A stretch of DNA of 33,091 bases from a virus. Its lineage: Duplodnaviria; Caudoviricetes. Under the pieces are notes generated by a model. The model ran no database searches. It was not told the DNA's origin and worked only from the letters and a program-made list of their open reading frames with translations. Below are positions 1 through 9,012 of this stretch, in pieces (within the stretch, counting starts at the first letter, position 1; each line of letters begins with the position of its first letter). The stretch lies in IMG/VR virus record IMGVR_UViG_3300010052_000179, positions 1-33,091 of that record. One strand, written 5' to 3'. The translations under genes were made by a program, and so were the position numbers.

Positions 1-318
1 TTCAAGTCGATCGGCAAGAAGGCATCCGGCGAAAAGTGCGATGCCATCGAGGGTCTGATCAAAGAGGCTGATGGCTTGATGGAGGAGGCATCGAGCACGG
101 CGCTCGATGCGGGTTTGCTTGCGGCATGCCAGGCTGTCGAACACTACGAGATTGCCCGCTATGGGTCGTTGCGTGAGTGGGCGAAGGACCTTGGTCACGA
201 CGAGGCGCATAAGCTCCTGAGCGAAATTCTCGACCAGGAAAAGGCGACGAACAACAAGCTAACGAACCTCGCGGTTACGTCGATCAACAAGACATCGACT
301 ACTGCGAAGGCTGCATAG
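1..318 (+). CDS. DUF892 / YciE-YciF ferritin-like protein, 5' partial
   Basis: Frame open from base 1: FKSIGKKASGEKCDAIEGLIKEA...AACQAVEHYEIARYGSLREWAKDLG...LDQEKATNNKLT, which carries the family motifs CxAxxGLIxE and VEHYEIAxYG. Confidence 0.9.
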   Translation, partial: FKSIGKKASGEKCDAIEGLIKEADGLMEEASSTALDAGLLAACQAVEHYEIARYGSLREWAKDLGHDEAHKLLSEILDQEKATNNKLTNLAVTSINKTSTTAKAA

Positions 319-393
319 AAAATCAAAGGGGACGCGATCCGACCCCCCGACCATGAGAAGCAATTCGGGAGTAGTGTCCCGATTGGGATCGCC

Positions 394-421
394 GCCCGGT
401 TGAATGCCGGGCATTTCTTTT
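394..421 (+). terminator. Rho-independent terminator
   Basis: GCCCGG (394-399) / CCGGGC (407-412) stem followed by ATTTCTTTT, downstream of the DUF892 gene. Confidence 0.6.
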
Positions 422-422
422 C

Positions 423-473
423 AGCAGCGTGGGGAAGTGGTCATCCCGCCGGGCTCATAATTCGGAGAGCGCC
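423..473 (+). pseudogene. Truncated tRNA-Met(CAT); T-arm and 3' acceptor strand absent
   Basis: AGCAGCG-TG, D-arm GGGA-AGTGGTCA-TCCC, G, anticodon arm CCGGG-CTCATAA-TTCGG, then AGAGC-GCC; no GTTCRA T-loop follows. Confidence 0.75.
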
Positions 474-484
474 AAACGTATTGC

Positions 485-736
485 TCAAAGCGCTTCCCAT
501 TCGTGCCATCGGGACCGCAGAGCGTTGAGCCGCTCTATTTTTGACCCTTTGCCACCTTGAAACTCGGGAAATGTCTCCAAGCCCCATTCTGTCTGCTCTA
601 AAAAATGAGTGACTGCGTCGTTTTGGCTGAGGCCGTATTCTCGTTCGAGGTGGGCTATTGTGCCGGGAATTGTGGCGGTCACGAGCTCAGCTGCTCTGGC
701 AGTTGCTAACTTCCATTCATTGACACTGGCTGGCAT
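485..736 (-). CDS. Hypothetical protein (83 aa)
   Basis: ATG at 736 preceded by GGGGA; protein-like sequence MPASVNEWKLATARAAELV...RWHEWEAL. Confidence 0.55.
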   Translation of the reverse strand: MPASVNEWKLATARAAELVTATIPGTIAHLEREYGLSQNDAVTHFLEQTEWGLETFPEFQGGKGSKIERLNALRSRWHEWEAL

Positions 737-875
737 GGAGTCCCCTTGCTTCGAAGAGCCTACCAAAACGTTCAAGGCTAGGCGACAGCCGCCGAAGATA
801 GCTGTGGTCGGTTAATCGTGCCGGGAAGTCCTCGTGAGCGGCTGGCCTTCGGGTCCGACTAGGGCAGAAACAGAA

Positions 876-1007
876 CTACCGGCCCTTGATAATCGTATAG
901 CCAAGGCCCATCGCACCGCCAAAGATAGCGCCGACAACGAGGTCGCCAAATACGGCGAGACCTGTGAAGGCTCCGATGCCAACGCCAATTAATACTGGAT
1001 TGCTCAT
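876..1007 (-). CDS. Small glycine-rich membrane peptide (43 aa), not in the ORF track
   Basis: Manual translation MSNPVLIGVGIGAFTGLAVFGDLVVGAIFGGAMGLGYTIIKGR*; repeated GxxxG motifs and a basic C-terminus. Confidence 0.6.
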   Translation of the reverse strand: MSNPVLIGVGIGAFTGLAVFGDLVVGAIFGGAMGLGYTIIKGR

Positions 1008-1056
1008 CTCAGTTTTCTCTGTTCGGTGGGAAGCGAGCGGTCCAGCTCGTTGCTGG

Positions 1057-1287
1057 TCAGGAGCTAAGTAGTTTTCGCAAGGCTTCAGATGCGGCGTACG
1101 GAGCCTTTTCTAGGGCTTGGTCGACCGACATCTTGTCTGTGCCTTGGCGATGGTCGCCTGAGCCTACGCTCACGTGGTCCCATTCATGTTCGACATAAGG
1201 CTCCTGGCCATCTGACTGCACGAGATACCACCAGTCTTCATACTGACCCAGGTGCCCCTTTTCCTGCTTGTGTAGAAGTTTCCGCAT
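1057..1287 (-). CDS. Hypothetical protein (76 aa)
   Basis: GGAGA RBS before ATG 1287; MRKLLHKQEKGHLGQYEDWWYLV...YVEHEWDHV. Confidence 0.65.
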   Translation of the reverse strand: MRKLLHKQEKGHLGQYEDWWYLVQSDGQEPYVEHEWDHVSVGSGDHRQGTDKMSVDQALEKAPYAASEALRKLLSS

Positions 1288-1413
1288 GCCTGTTCTCCCC
1301 AATGCCCATCATGCGAGCTTCGCCGAACTGTTGGCAAAGGGCAAGACGGCGGGCAGACGATGCTATGGCCCGTGAGGTGATGGCAGGGAGTGGGAGCCGA
1401 GGTCCGCAGCCGC

Positions 1414-1704
1414 TTAGGGCCACGCAAGCATCTTCGCTGCCAGCGCAACTACCTGCCCTATAGCTGCCGTGCATGCGAAGGCCGCCGCGATGGCATTTTG
1501 CCGGGATTGGCGGATCATCGTCTTCAGAAGGTCGATGCGTTTCCCTCCCATTGACGTGATGATCGTTTTGCTGATCGCGGTCCCTTCTCCGAGAGGATCG
1601 CTGCCTGGTTCGGGAGGAACGGAAGACGTCGTAGACAGAAACCAGAAGACGCCGGCGGCCGCCGCTGCCAATATTGAAAGCGCGTTTGCGACGTTCTCGA
1701 TCAT
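1414..1704 (-). CDS. Hypothetical two-TM membrane protein (96 aa)
   Basis: MIENVANALSILAAAAAGVFWFLS...QSRQNAIAAAFACTAAIGQVVAL; two hydrophobic segments. Confidence 0.6.
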   Translation of the reverse strand: MIENVANALSILAAAAAGVFWFLSTTSSVPPEPGSDPLGEGTAISKTIITSMGGKRIDLLKTMIRQSRQNAIAAAFACTAAIGQVVALAAKMLAWP

Positions 1705-1769
1705 ATGCGTGCCATCCCAAGCAACCCGATCGCAGGAAATCACACATGGCGCGGACCGACAAGCAGCAG

Positions 1770-2348
1770 TCAATGCAACAGCGATGTGGCGATTCCGGTG
1801 AAGAAACCGCCGAATGTTTTCACGATGTCAGTTGCAGCCTTGAGCTTGCTTTGGTTTTCGGGTGTGTCCTTCGCCATCAACAGCGTCACAATCGACCCAA
1901 CAAAGGCAATTGCCATCACGACTAGGATGCCGCCGACAATCCACGGCATCATCCAGGCCATTTCGCTCGAAGCTGGGTTTGACGGAGCCGGTTGAGCATA
2001 TGCGGTAGTGATAAGAAGCGAAGCAAGAATGCCGATATAGTCGAGGAAACGGTAGAGAGCGAACAGTATTCCAAGCAAGCCGGCCACTCCCACAAAAATC
2101 AAATACCGGCGCTCGTGCCGCTCAACCGTTCGGCCAGTTGTTGCTTCGACAAGAGATTTTTCTACAAATGCAAGCTGCTCCTCCGAAAATCCTGGGTGTT
2201 GGCGGAGAGTTGCTACCACTCGCTTGGAAAATTCGACGTCTTCGAGAATATCTCTGCGCCCTTTGCGTTGCCCTAGAAGCCCGGTCGCCAAGAATGACGA
2301 CAGTATACCAGCGAGCAACGCGACAAGCGGTAGAAACTCAAAGTCCAT
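1770..2348 (-). CDS. Hypothetical multi-pass membrane protein (192 aa)
   Basis: Start MDFEFLPLVALLAGILSSFLATGLLG after GAGGGG; several hydrophobic segments; AT-rich upstream stretch. Confidence 0.7.
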   Translation of the reverse strand: MDFEFLPLVALLAGILSSFLATGLLGQRKGRRDILEDVEFSKRVVATLRQHPGFSEEQLAFVEKSLVEATTGRTVERHERRYLIFVGVAGLLGILFALYRFLDYIGILASLLITTAYAQPAPSNPASSEMAWMMPWIVGGILVVMAIAFVGSIVTLLMAKDTPENQSKLKAATDIVKTFGGFFTGIATSLLH

Positions 2349-2437
2349 CGACCCTAACCCCTCTAAAATAGAAAAAAAGTAGATCAGAGTAGATGGCTGT
2401 CGGCAAGAAGCCTTGAGGGCGGTGTGAGGGTGATCGA

Positions 2438-2815
2438 GTGGTGAAACTCTCCACCGTAAGGCCCCGGCTCGGTGGTCTCTCCCATAGGATAGGGCAGGCA
2501 CCAAAGACGGAGCAGGAGCGCAGCCAGCAGCGATCCGACCGCGATCCATGGCGCGCCTGGTACAAGACGGCACGATGGCAGAAGCTTCGCCGCATCATCC
2601 TGAAGCGCGACCTCTACATCTGCCAGCGCACCGGGGTTCTGCTCACTGGCAAGCATCCGGCACCGAATAGCCCAGTGGTCGACCACATCAAGCCGCACCG
2701 TGGCGACCCGGAACTGTTCTGGGATGAGATGAACCTGCACGCCGTCTCGAAGGCCTACCACGACAGCGTGAAGCAGGCCGAGGAGCAGGGCGCCATCAAG
2801 GGAGTGTGGTACTGA
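2438..2815 (+). CDS. HNH endonuclease, terminase-associated (HK97 gp74-like)
   Basis: WYKTARWQKLR...RDLYICQ...VVDHIKPHRGDPELFWDEMNLHAVSKAYHD; located just before terS. Confidence 0.9.
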   Translation: MVKLSTVRPRLGGLSHRIGQAPKTEQERSQQRSDRDPWRAWYKTARWQKLRRIILKRDLYICQRTGVLLTGKHPAPNSPVVDHIKPHRGDPELFWDEMNLHAVSKAYHDSVKQAEEQGAIKGVWY

Positions 2816-2822
2816 GGTCGCC

Positions 2823-3014
2823 TCAGTCGTCACCCCCGGGCCAAATACGAGCAATGGTCTCGGGCACTGAAGTCGGCACTCGAACTTCCTGCCCACCGAC
2901 CAGATGGACAATGCTGCTTGTACCACCGCTCGCGGAAACATGTGTGATCTTCCCCTTAACGATCACAACTGGAGCTCCGTTGTAGTCATCAAGATCGACC
3001 AGAAAGTCATGCAT
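2823..3014 (-). CDS. Small beta-rich protein (63 aa), loosely FlbD-like; opposite-strand accessory gene
   Basis: AAAGGAG RBS then ATG at 3014; MHDFLVDLDDYNGAPVVIVKGKITHV...SIVHLVGGQEVRVPTSVPETIARI. Confidence 0.65.
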   Translation of the reverse strand: MHDFLVDLDDYNGAPVVIVKGKITHVSASGGTSSIVHLVGGQEVRVPTSVPETIARIWPGGDD

Positions 3015-3070
3015 ATGAAGGCTCCTTTGGTTTGCATCCGAAGGTTGCCATGCGCAGGCTCGGAGAAGCA

Positions 3071-3150
3071 ACCGGGGGGGGTAGGTGAAGTCTGGAAAGG
3101 GCTTCCGGCCTAGACCCGCGTCCCCCACATTCGCACAATTTTTTCCGCCG
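3071..3150. other. Candidate cos/packaging-initiation region
   Basis: Non-coding stretch directly upstream of terS with a G8 run, then CTAGACCCGCG, CCCCC and a T-run; this position is typical for HK97-like phages; cut site not determinable. Confidence 0.4.
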
Positions 3151-3177
3151 GATCGAAATTTCAGCCGGAATCCCTGA

Positions 3178-3612
3178 ATGACCGAAAAACCCAAGACCCG
3201 GAAACGGACGTCGACCGGCGGCCGACCGCCATATCGTCCGTCGCTGGAGGACCGGCAAACGGTCGAGGAAATGAAGTTCGTGGGCGAGAGCGACAACACG
3301 ATCGCTCGGGCGCTCGGGGTCGACCCTGACACGCTGCGCAAACACTTCGCCGATGAGTTGGCAGACGGCCATGCGCAGCGGCGCAAGGAGGTCGTCGGCC
3401 TGCTGTTCAAGTCTGCACGTGACGGTAACGTCTCGGCTCAGAAGAAGCTCGAGGAAATGGGCCGCGTCGCTGGCGCCGCCGAGTCGGTCAGAGGCCGCGA
3501 AAAGGCGGCTCCGAAGCTTGGCAAGAAGGAAGAGCGGAGAATCGCCGCCCAGAACGTCGGCGGGGTATTTGCCACGCCTGAGCCGCCGAAGCTGGTCGTG
3601 AACAACAAGTGA
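3178..3612 (+). CDS. terS: Terminase small subunit
   Basis: [11 protein letters not shown]-like [34 protein letters not shown]...[13 protein letters not shown]; overlaps terL start. Confidence 0.8.
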   Translation: MTEKPKTRKRTSTGGRPPYRPSLEDRQTVEEMKFVGESDNTIARALGVDPDTLRKHFADELADGHAQRRKEVVGLLFKSARDGNVSAQKKLEEMGRVAGAAESVRGREKAAPKLGKKEERRIAAQNVGGVFATPEPPKLVVNNK

Positions 3613-5327
3613 TGGAGTGGTCGACTGCCTGCCCTGATTGGCAGGAACGTATCGTTGCGCGGCGCTCATTGGTCCCGATGAATCCCTTGTTCCCGGACGA
3701 GGCAGAAGCGGCTCTGGCGGTGTTCAAGACGCTGCGTGTGGTCGACATTGCCGGCAGCCCGACGTTTGGAGAATGCTCCGACGAGTGGGTGTTCGACTTC
3801 GTCCGAGCGATTTTCGGCGCCTACGATCATCACGGCGCAGCCGGGTTCGGCCCTGCGCGGCGCCTGATCGAGGAGTTCTTCCTGCTCATCAGCAAGAAAA
3901 ACACCAAGTCGACCATCGCGGCCGGCATCATGCTAACGGCTCTGATCCGGAACTGGCGGCTCTCAGCCGAGATGCTGATCCTGGCGCCTACGATCGAAAT
4001 CGCGAAAAACTCGTTCGAGCCAGCACGCGATATGGTCTACGCCGATCCGGTATTGGTCGACCTGCTGCACGTGCAGGAGAACGTGAGGACGATCGAGCAC
4101 CTTCGGACCAAGGCAAAGCTCAAGGTGGTGTCGTCGGACAGTGAGACGGTGAGCGGCAAGAAGGCCGCATTTGTCCTTGTCGACGAGCTGTGGTTGTTCG
4201 GAAAGCGCGACGGTGCCGGCTCCATGTTGCAGGAGGCGACCGGCGGGCTGGTGTCGCGACCGGAGGGTTTCGTCATCTATCTGACGACCCAGAGTGATGA
4301 GCCGCCGACCGGTGTGTTCAAGGAAAAGCTGGCCTACGCTCGCGACGTTCGCGACGGGATCATCGACGATCCGCGGTTCCTGCCGGTGATCTACGAGTTC
4401 ACGCCCGAGATGATCGAGGCCGAGGAGCATCTACGGCCGGCCAACTTCTACATGACCAATCCGAACCTTGGGCGGTCGGTGCGGCAAGACTGGCTTGAGC
4501 GCAAACTGCAGCAGATCATGAAGGGTGAAGGCGAAGAGGGCGAAGACCTTCAGACTTTTCTTGCCAAGCATCTGAATGTGGAAATCGGACTTCGCAACCG
4601 GCGCGACCGCTGGTCCGGTGCCGACTTTTGGCTTGAGGCTTCTGAGCCTGGTTTGACCCTCGAAAGCCTCCTTGCCCGGTGTGAGGTTGCGACGATCGGA
4701 ATCGACGGTGGCGGCCTGGACGATCTTCTCGGCCTGAGCGTCATCGGGCGCGAAAAGGAAACGCGCCATTGGCTGGTGTGGTCGAAAGCATGGGCGCACC
4801 CGATAGTGCTTAAGCGCCGAAAGGACATTGCCGAGCAGCTTCGCGATTTCGAAAAGGCAGGCGAGTTGGTTTTCTGCGAGAAGCCGACGCAGGACCTCGA
4901 AGAGGTCGTAGCCATCTGTTGCCAGGTGCGCGATGCCGGCCTGTTGCCTGAAAAGGAAGGGATCGGCGTCGATAAGCTCGGCCTGCCAGCGCTGGTTGAC
5001 GCTCTCATCGCAGCGAAGTTCAAAACGGGCGAAGAAGGCGGCACGATCACCGGCATCGGGCAAGGCGGTTTCCTGAATGACGTCATCGTTGGGGTTGCTC
5101 GCAAGCTGTCGGATGGCAGCCTGAAGCACGCCGGCTTGGCCTTGATGAAATGGGCAGTCGGCAACGCAAAGGAAATCCTGAAAGGGTCAGCTCGAGCGAT
5201 CACCAAGCAGGTGTCCGGCACGGCCAAGATCGACCCGTTTATCGCCATGCTCAATGCAGCAAAGCTCATGGCTCGCAACCCGGAAGCGTACCGCAAGAAG
5301 AAAGCCAAGGTTCTGATCCTCGGCTGA
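3612..5327 (+). CDS. terL: Terminase large subunit (alternative GTG start 3609)
   Basis: Walker A-like [10 protein letters not shown], Walker B VLVDE, motif III YLTTQS, nuclease [10 protein letters not shown] and KIDP. Confidence 0.95.
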   Translation: MEWSTACPDWQERIVARRSLVPMNPLFPDEAEAALAVFKTLRVVDIAGSPTFGECSDEWVFDFVRAIFGAYDHHGAAGFGPARRLIEEFFLLISKKNTKSTIAAGIMLTALIRNWRLSAEMLILAPTIEIAKNSFEPARDMVYADPVLVDLLHVQENVRTIEHLRTKAKLKVVSSDSETVSGKKAAFVLVDELWLFGKRDGAGSMLQEATGGLVSRPEGFVIYLTTQSDEPPTGVFKEKLAYARDVRDGIIDDPRFLPVIYEFTPEMIEAEEHLRPANFYMTNPNLGRSVRQDWLERKLQQIMKGEGEEGEDLQTFLAKHLNVEIGLRNRRDRWSGADFWLEASEPGLTLESLLARCEVATIGIDGGGLDDLLGLSVIGREKETRHWLVWSKAWAHPIVLKRRKDIAEQLRDFEKAGELVFCEKPTQDLEEVVAICCQVRDAGLLPEKEGIGVDKLGLPALVDALIAAKFKTGEEGGTITGIGQGGFLNDVIVGVARKLSDGSLKHAGLALMKWAVGNAKEILKGSARAITKQVSGTAKIDPFIAMLNAAKLMARNPEAYRKKKAKVLILG

Positions 5328-5361
5328 TCCACCCGCAACCACTGACAATTTGGAGGTCGCC

Positions 5362-7359
5362 ATGACAGTGACGTGCCGCGCATATTCATTTCTCACCATC
5401 AAGTCGGTGAGCGACGACAAGCGCATCATCCGCGGCGTCGCGACGACGCCGGCCGTCGACCGTGTCGGCGATATCGTCGACCCGCTGGGCGTGAAGTTCA
5501 CCAACCCGCTGCCGCTGCTCTGGCAGCACCAGCACGATAAGCCGATCGGCACGGTGAAGTTCGACAAGCCGACGAAAGACGGCATCACCTTCGAGGCGGA
5601 AATTCCGACGATCGAGGAAGCCGGCGCGCTGCATGACCGCATCGAGGAGGCCTGGCAGTCGATCAAGATCGGTCTCGTGCGCGCCGTCTCGATCGGCTTC
5701 CGGGCGCTCGAATACGCCTTCCTCGACGAAGGCGGCATCCGTTTCATGAAGACGGAAGTCTACGAGCTTTCCGCCGTCACCATCCCGGCCCAGCCCGAAG
5801 CGGTGATGACGAGCATCAAGAATATGGACGCGGCCGGTGTCGCGCTCATCAAGACCTTCGACCCGAACGCTCCCGCCGCGACTGGCGAAATCGAGCGTCC
5901 GACGAAGACCGCCCCCGGCGCTACGGGGAAATCCACAAAACCCGTCAACCTGCGCCCGAAGGAGGGCAATGAAATGAAAACTCTCGCCGAGCAGATTGCT
6001 GCTCTCGAAGCCAAGCGCGCCGCGAACGCGGCCCGCATGGAAACCATTATGCAGAAGAGCATGGACGAAGGCCGTTCGACCGATGAGGCCGAACAGGAAG
6101 AGTTCGACGGCCTTTCCGCCGAAATCGAGACGATCGACGGTGATCTGAAGCGCCTTCGTGCGCTCGAAAAGGCCAAGGCCAATTCGGCGGCGCCTGTCAT
6201 CGCCAATCAGATCAAGACCGCCGGCAACGGGACCGCTGTCCGGACCGGCGTGACGCTGAAGGCGGCGGAACCGGAGAAAGGCATCCGTTTCGCGCGGTAT
6301 GCAAAGTGCCTGGGCATCGCGCACAAGACGAAGCAGTCCGCGATCGATGTGGCGGCGGCGCTTTATGGCGGCAAGGATGACGATCTTGTCGACATCGTGA
6401 AGGCAGCCGTCTCCGCGATGACGACCGGCAACACCGACGCGCTGATCGGAAACGAGGGCGGCTTCGCCGATTTCGTCGAGTTCCTGCGCCCGATGACGAT
6501 CCTTGGACGTTTCGGCGTCGGCGGCATCCCGGCCCTCACTCAGGTGCCGTTCCGGGTGCCACTGATCTCCGAGACCTCGGAGAGCGACGCGCAGTGGGTC
6601 GGGGAAGGCAAAGGCAAGCCTCTGACCAAGTTCGGCGTCGGCCGGACGGAACTCTCGCCGCTGAAGATCGCGACGATCGCCGTCCAGACGATGGAACTCA
6701 TCCGCGACAGTTCGCCGTCTTCTGACGTCCTGGTTCGCAACTCGCTGGCCAAGGCCATCGCCAAGCGCTCCGACCTGTCGTTCATCGACCCGACCTCGGC
6801 GGCCAGCGCTGGCGTCAAGCCCGGCTCGATCCTGAACGGCGTCACCGCCACCACCAACAGCACCGCTACCGGCGCTGACGGCGTGCGCGAGGATGTTCAG
6901 GCGCTCATCGGTGCCTTTGTCGCCGCCAACAACCCGCTCCAGTCCGGCGTATGGGTGATGTCGGCGACCTATGCACTGCGCCTGATGATGATGCTGAACC
7001 CGCTCGGTCAGCGGGAATTCCCCGGCATCACCATGCAGGGCGGCACGTTCTTCGAACTGCCGGTGATCGTGTCCAATTACCTCGGCGACTACGTCGCCCT
7101 GGTGAATGCGGAAGACATCTGGTTCGCCGACGAGGGTGGCGTTGACATCTCCATGTCAACCGAGGCCTCGCTGGAAATGTCCGACGCACCGACCCAGGAC
7201 GCGGGCGCTGCCACTCCGGTCGATTCGGAACTGGTCTCGCTCTGGCAGACCAACTCGGTCGGCTTCCGCGCCGAGCGCACGCTGAACTGGGCACGTCGTC
7301 GTGTCAGCGCAGTTGCGTGGATGGACAACATCACCTGGGGCGATCCGGTTACGCCGTAA
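5362..7359 (+). CDS. Fused prohead protease / HK97-fold major capsid protein
   Basis: GGAGG RBS; N-terminal protease motifs DRVGD, LLWQHQH, SIGF, ELSAVTIPA; coiled-coil delta-like region; capsid motifs WVGEGKGKP, LSPLKIA, SLWQTNSVGFRAER. Confidence 0.93.
   Translation: MTVTCRAYSFLTIKSVSDDKRIIRGVATTPAVDRVGDIVDPLGVKFTNPLPLLWQHQHDKPIGTVKFDKPTKDGITFEAEIPTIEEAGALHDRIEEAWQSIKIGLVRAVSIGFRALEYAFLDEGGIRFMKTEVYELSAVTIPAQPEAVMTSIKNMDAAGVALIKTFDPNAPAATGEIERPTKTAPGATGKSTKPVNLRPKEGNEMKTLAEQIAALEAKRAANAARMETIMQKSMDEGRSTDEAEQEEFDGLSAEIETIDGDLKRLRALEKAKANSAAPVIANQIKTAGNGTAVRTGVTLKAAEPEKGIRFARYAKCLGIAHKTKQSAIDVAAALYGGKDDDLVDIVKAAVSAMTTGNTDALIGNEGGFADFVEFLRPMTILGRFGVGGIPALTQVPFRVPLISETSESDAQWVGEGKGKPLTKFGVGRTELSPLKIATIAVQTMELIRDSSPSSDVLVRNSLAKAIAKRSDLSFIDPTSAASAGVKPGSILNGVTATTNSTATGADGVREDVQALIGAFVAANNPLQSGVWVMSATYALRLMMMLNPLGQREFPGITMQGGTFFELPVIVSNYLGDYVALVNAEDIWFADEGGVDISMSTEASLEMSDAPTQDAGAATPVDSELVSLWQTNSVGFRAERTLNWARRRVSAVAWMDNITWGDPVTP
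5958..5976 (+). promoter_or_regulatory. Internal RBS and in-frame ATG inside the protease-capsid gene
   Basis: GAAGGAGG (5958-5965) 8 nt upstream of in-frame ATG 5974 (MKTLAEQIAALE), at the protease/delta-domain boundary. Confidence 0.7.
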
Positions 7360-7382
7360 GGCGGTCAACACCGATTGACGTT

Positions 7383-7408
7383 GCCGGCCGCGGGAAACTG
7401 CGGCCGGT
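7383..7408 (+). terminator. 11-bp GAAA-loop hairpin after the capsid gene (no U-tract; attenuator or mRNA stabiliser)
   Basis: GCCGGCCGCGG-GAAA-CTGCGGCCGGT. Confidence 0.55.
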
Positions 7409-7432
7409 ATCCTCCCGATGGAGATGCACCCG

Positions 7433-7666
7433 ATGAAATCCCTGTCTTACATGACCCGCGCCATGCAGGCGAAAGACCCGCGTTACGCCGACATTCTCGG
7501 CAAGCTCGGCTATGGCACTGCCGAGGTGAAGCCGGCTGTCAAGCGGCCCGTCGGCATAGCCAAGTTGCGTTCGGACTATGAACGCGTCGTCGGCAAGAAG
7601 CCGTTCAATGGCTGGAATGCTGAGCAGTTGCGCGAGAAGATCGCCGCGGCAAAGGCCAAGGCCTGA
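7433..7666 (+). CDS. Small head-region protein (77 aa)
   Basis: GGAGA RBS; MKSLSYMTRAMQAKDPRY...LRSDYERVVGKKPFNGWNAEQLREKIA; fills the capsid-portal gap. Confidence 0.8.
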   Translation: MKSLSYMTRAMQAKDPRYADILGKLGYGTAEVKPAVKRPVGIAKLRSDYERVVGKKPFNGWNAEQLREKIAAAKAKA

Positions 7667-7668
7667 CC

Positions 7669-9012
7669 ATGCGTCTTCTGGGCCTCGAAATCTCGCGCGC
7701 CGGCAAGCAGAAAGCGCTTGCGCCGGTCATGCCGCGCCGCAGCGGCTGGCGGACGATCCTTGAGAGTTTTGCCGGTGCGTGGCAGCGCAATGTCGAGGTC
7801 AAGTACGACAACGTTCTTTCGAACCATGCAGACTTCGCGTGCCGCACGCTGATCGCCTCCGATATCTCGAAGCTCCGTCCGAAGCTCGTCGAGCATGTCG
7901 GCGATGACATCTGGGAAGAAACTACGAACCCGGCCTATTCGCCTGTGCTGCGAAAGCCGAACCATTTCCAGAACCGCATCCAGTTCTTCGAGACGTGGGT
8001 GCTTTCGAAGCTTCAGAAGGGCAACGCTTATGTCCTGAAGCAGCGCGACGGTCGTGGTGTCGTGACGCGGCTCTATGTGCTCGATCCCGATCTCGTGACG
8101 CCGATGGTGGCAAAGGACGGATCAGTCTTTTACGAGTTGAAGACAGACGACCTCGCCGGATTGCCGGAAACCATCATGGTGCCGGCGCGCGAGATCATTC
8201 ATGATCGCTTCAATTGCATGTTCCATCCGCTGGTCGGCACATCGCCGATCTTTGCAGGCGGCCTCGCTGCAATGCAGGGTCTGGCCATTCAGGACAGTTC
8301 GACCGCGTTTTTCCAGAACGGCTCGCAGCCTGGTGGAGTGCTGTCGTCGTCGCTCGAAATGGACGACGATGACGCCGAGGCACTGAAGAAATACTTCAAC
8401 GATCAATTCGGCGGAAAGAACCGCGGCAAAATTGCCGTTGTCGGCGGCGGCTTGTCCTATCACCCCGTCTCGGCAAAGGCGACCGACTCCCAGTTGATCG
8501 AGCAATTGAAATGGAGCGCCGACGTCGTCTGCTCGGTCTATCACGTGCCGCCTTACAAGATCGGCATGGGTCCGGTACCGGCGAACACCAACGTCCAGGC
8601 TCAGAATATCGAATACTACAGCTCCTGCCTTCAGTCTCTTATCGAGAGCATGGAGGTGTGTCTTGACGACGGCCTAGGCATGGATGGGGTCACGCTTGGC
8701 ACCGAGTTCGATACGGAAGCGCTGATGCGCATGGACACGGCCACGCAGTACGACGTCGCCACCAAGGCCAAGGGCATCAAAACGTTGGACGAACAGCGCA
8801 AGATGGTCGGTGTCGGCAAGATCAAGGGTGGCGCTACCCTCTACATGCAGCAGCAGGATCACAGCCTTGCCGCGATCGAAGCCCGCGACCGTGAGTTGAT
8901 CGACAGGGTGAATAATCCGCCGCCAGAGCCACCCGCCAACGACAATCCTCCTGAAGTGCAGGCGGCCTATTTCGGCGCGATGCTGCGAAAGAACCTGAAG
9001 GACGCCCGATGA
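7669..9012 (+). CDS. Portal protein, HK97 family
   Basis: ACRTLIASDISKL, LRKPNHFQ, GNAYV, EIIHDR, GTSPI, FFQNGSQPGGVL, YHVPPYKIG. Confidence 0.95.
   Translation: MRLLGLEISRAGKQKALAPVMPRRSGWRTILESFAGAWQRNVEVKYDNVLSNHADFACRTLIASDISKLRPKLVEHVGDDIWEETTNPAYSPVLRKPNHFQNRIQFFETWVLSKLQKGNAYVLKQRDGRGVVTRLYVLDPDLVTPMVAKDGSVFYELKTDDLAGLPETIMVPAREIIHDRFNCMFHPLVGTSPIFAGGLAAMQGLAIQDSSTAFFQNGSQPGGVLSSSLEMDDDDAEALKKYFNDQFGGKNRGKIAVVGGGLSYHPVSAKATDSQLIEQLKWSADVVCSVYHVPPYKIGMGPVPANTNVQAQNIEYYSSCLQSLIESMEVCLDDGLGMDGVTLGTEFDTEALMRMDTATQYDVATKAKGIKTLDEQRKMVGVGKIKGGATLYMQQQDHSLAAIEARDRELIDRVNNPPPEPPANDNPPEVQAAYFGAMLRKNLKDAR

Noticed and set aside
5332-5341. CCCGCAACCA after terL resembles the 3' end of tRNA-fMet
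   Set aside because: Only about 10 nt, no T-arm, and not complementary to the acceptor strand of the relic at 423; consistent with chance.
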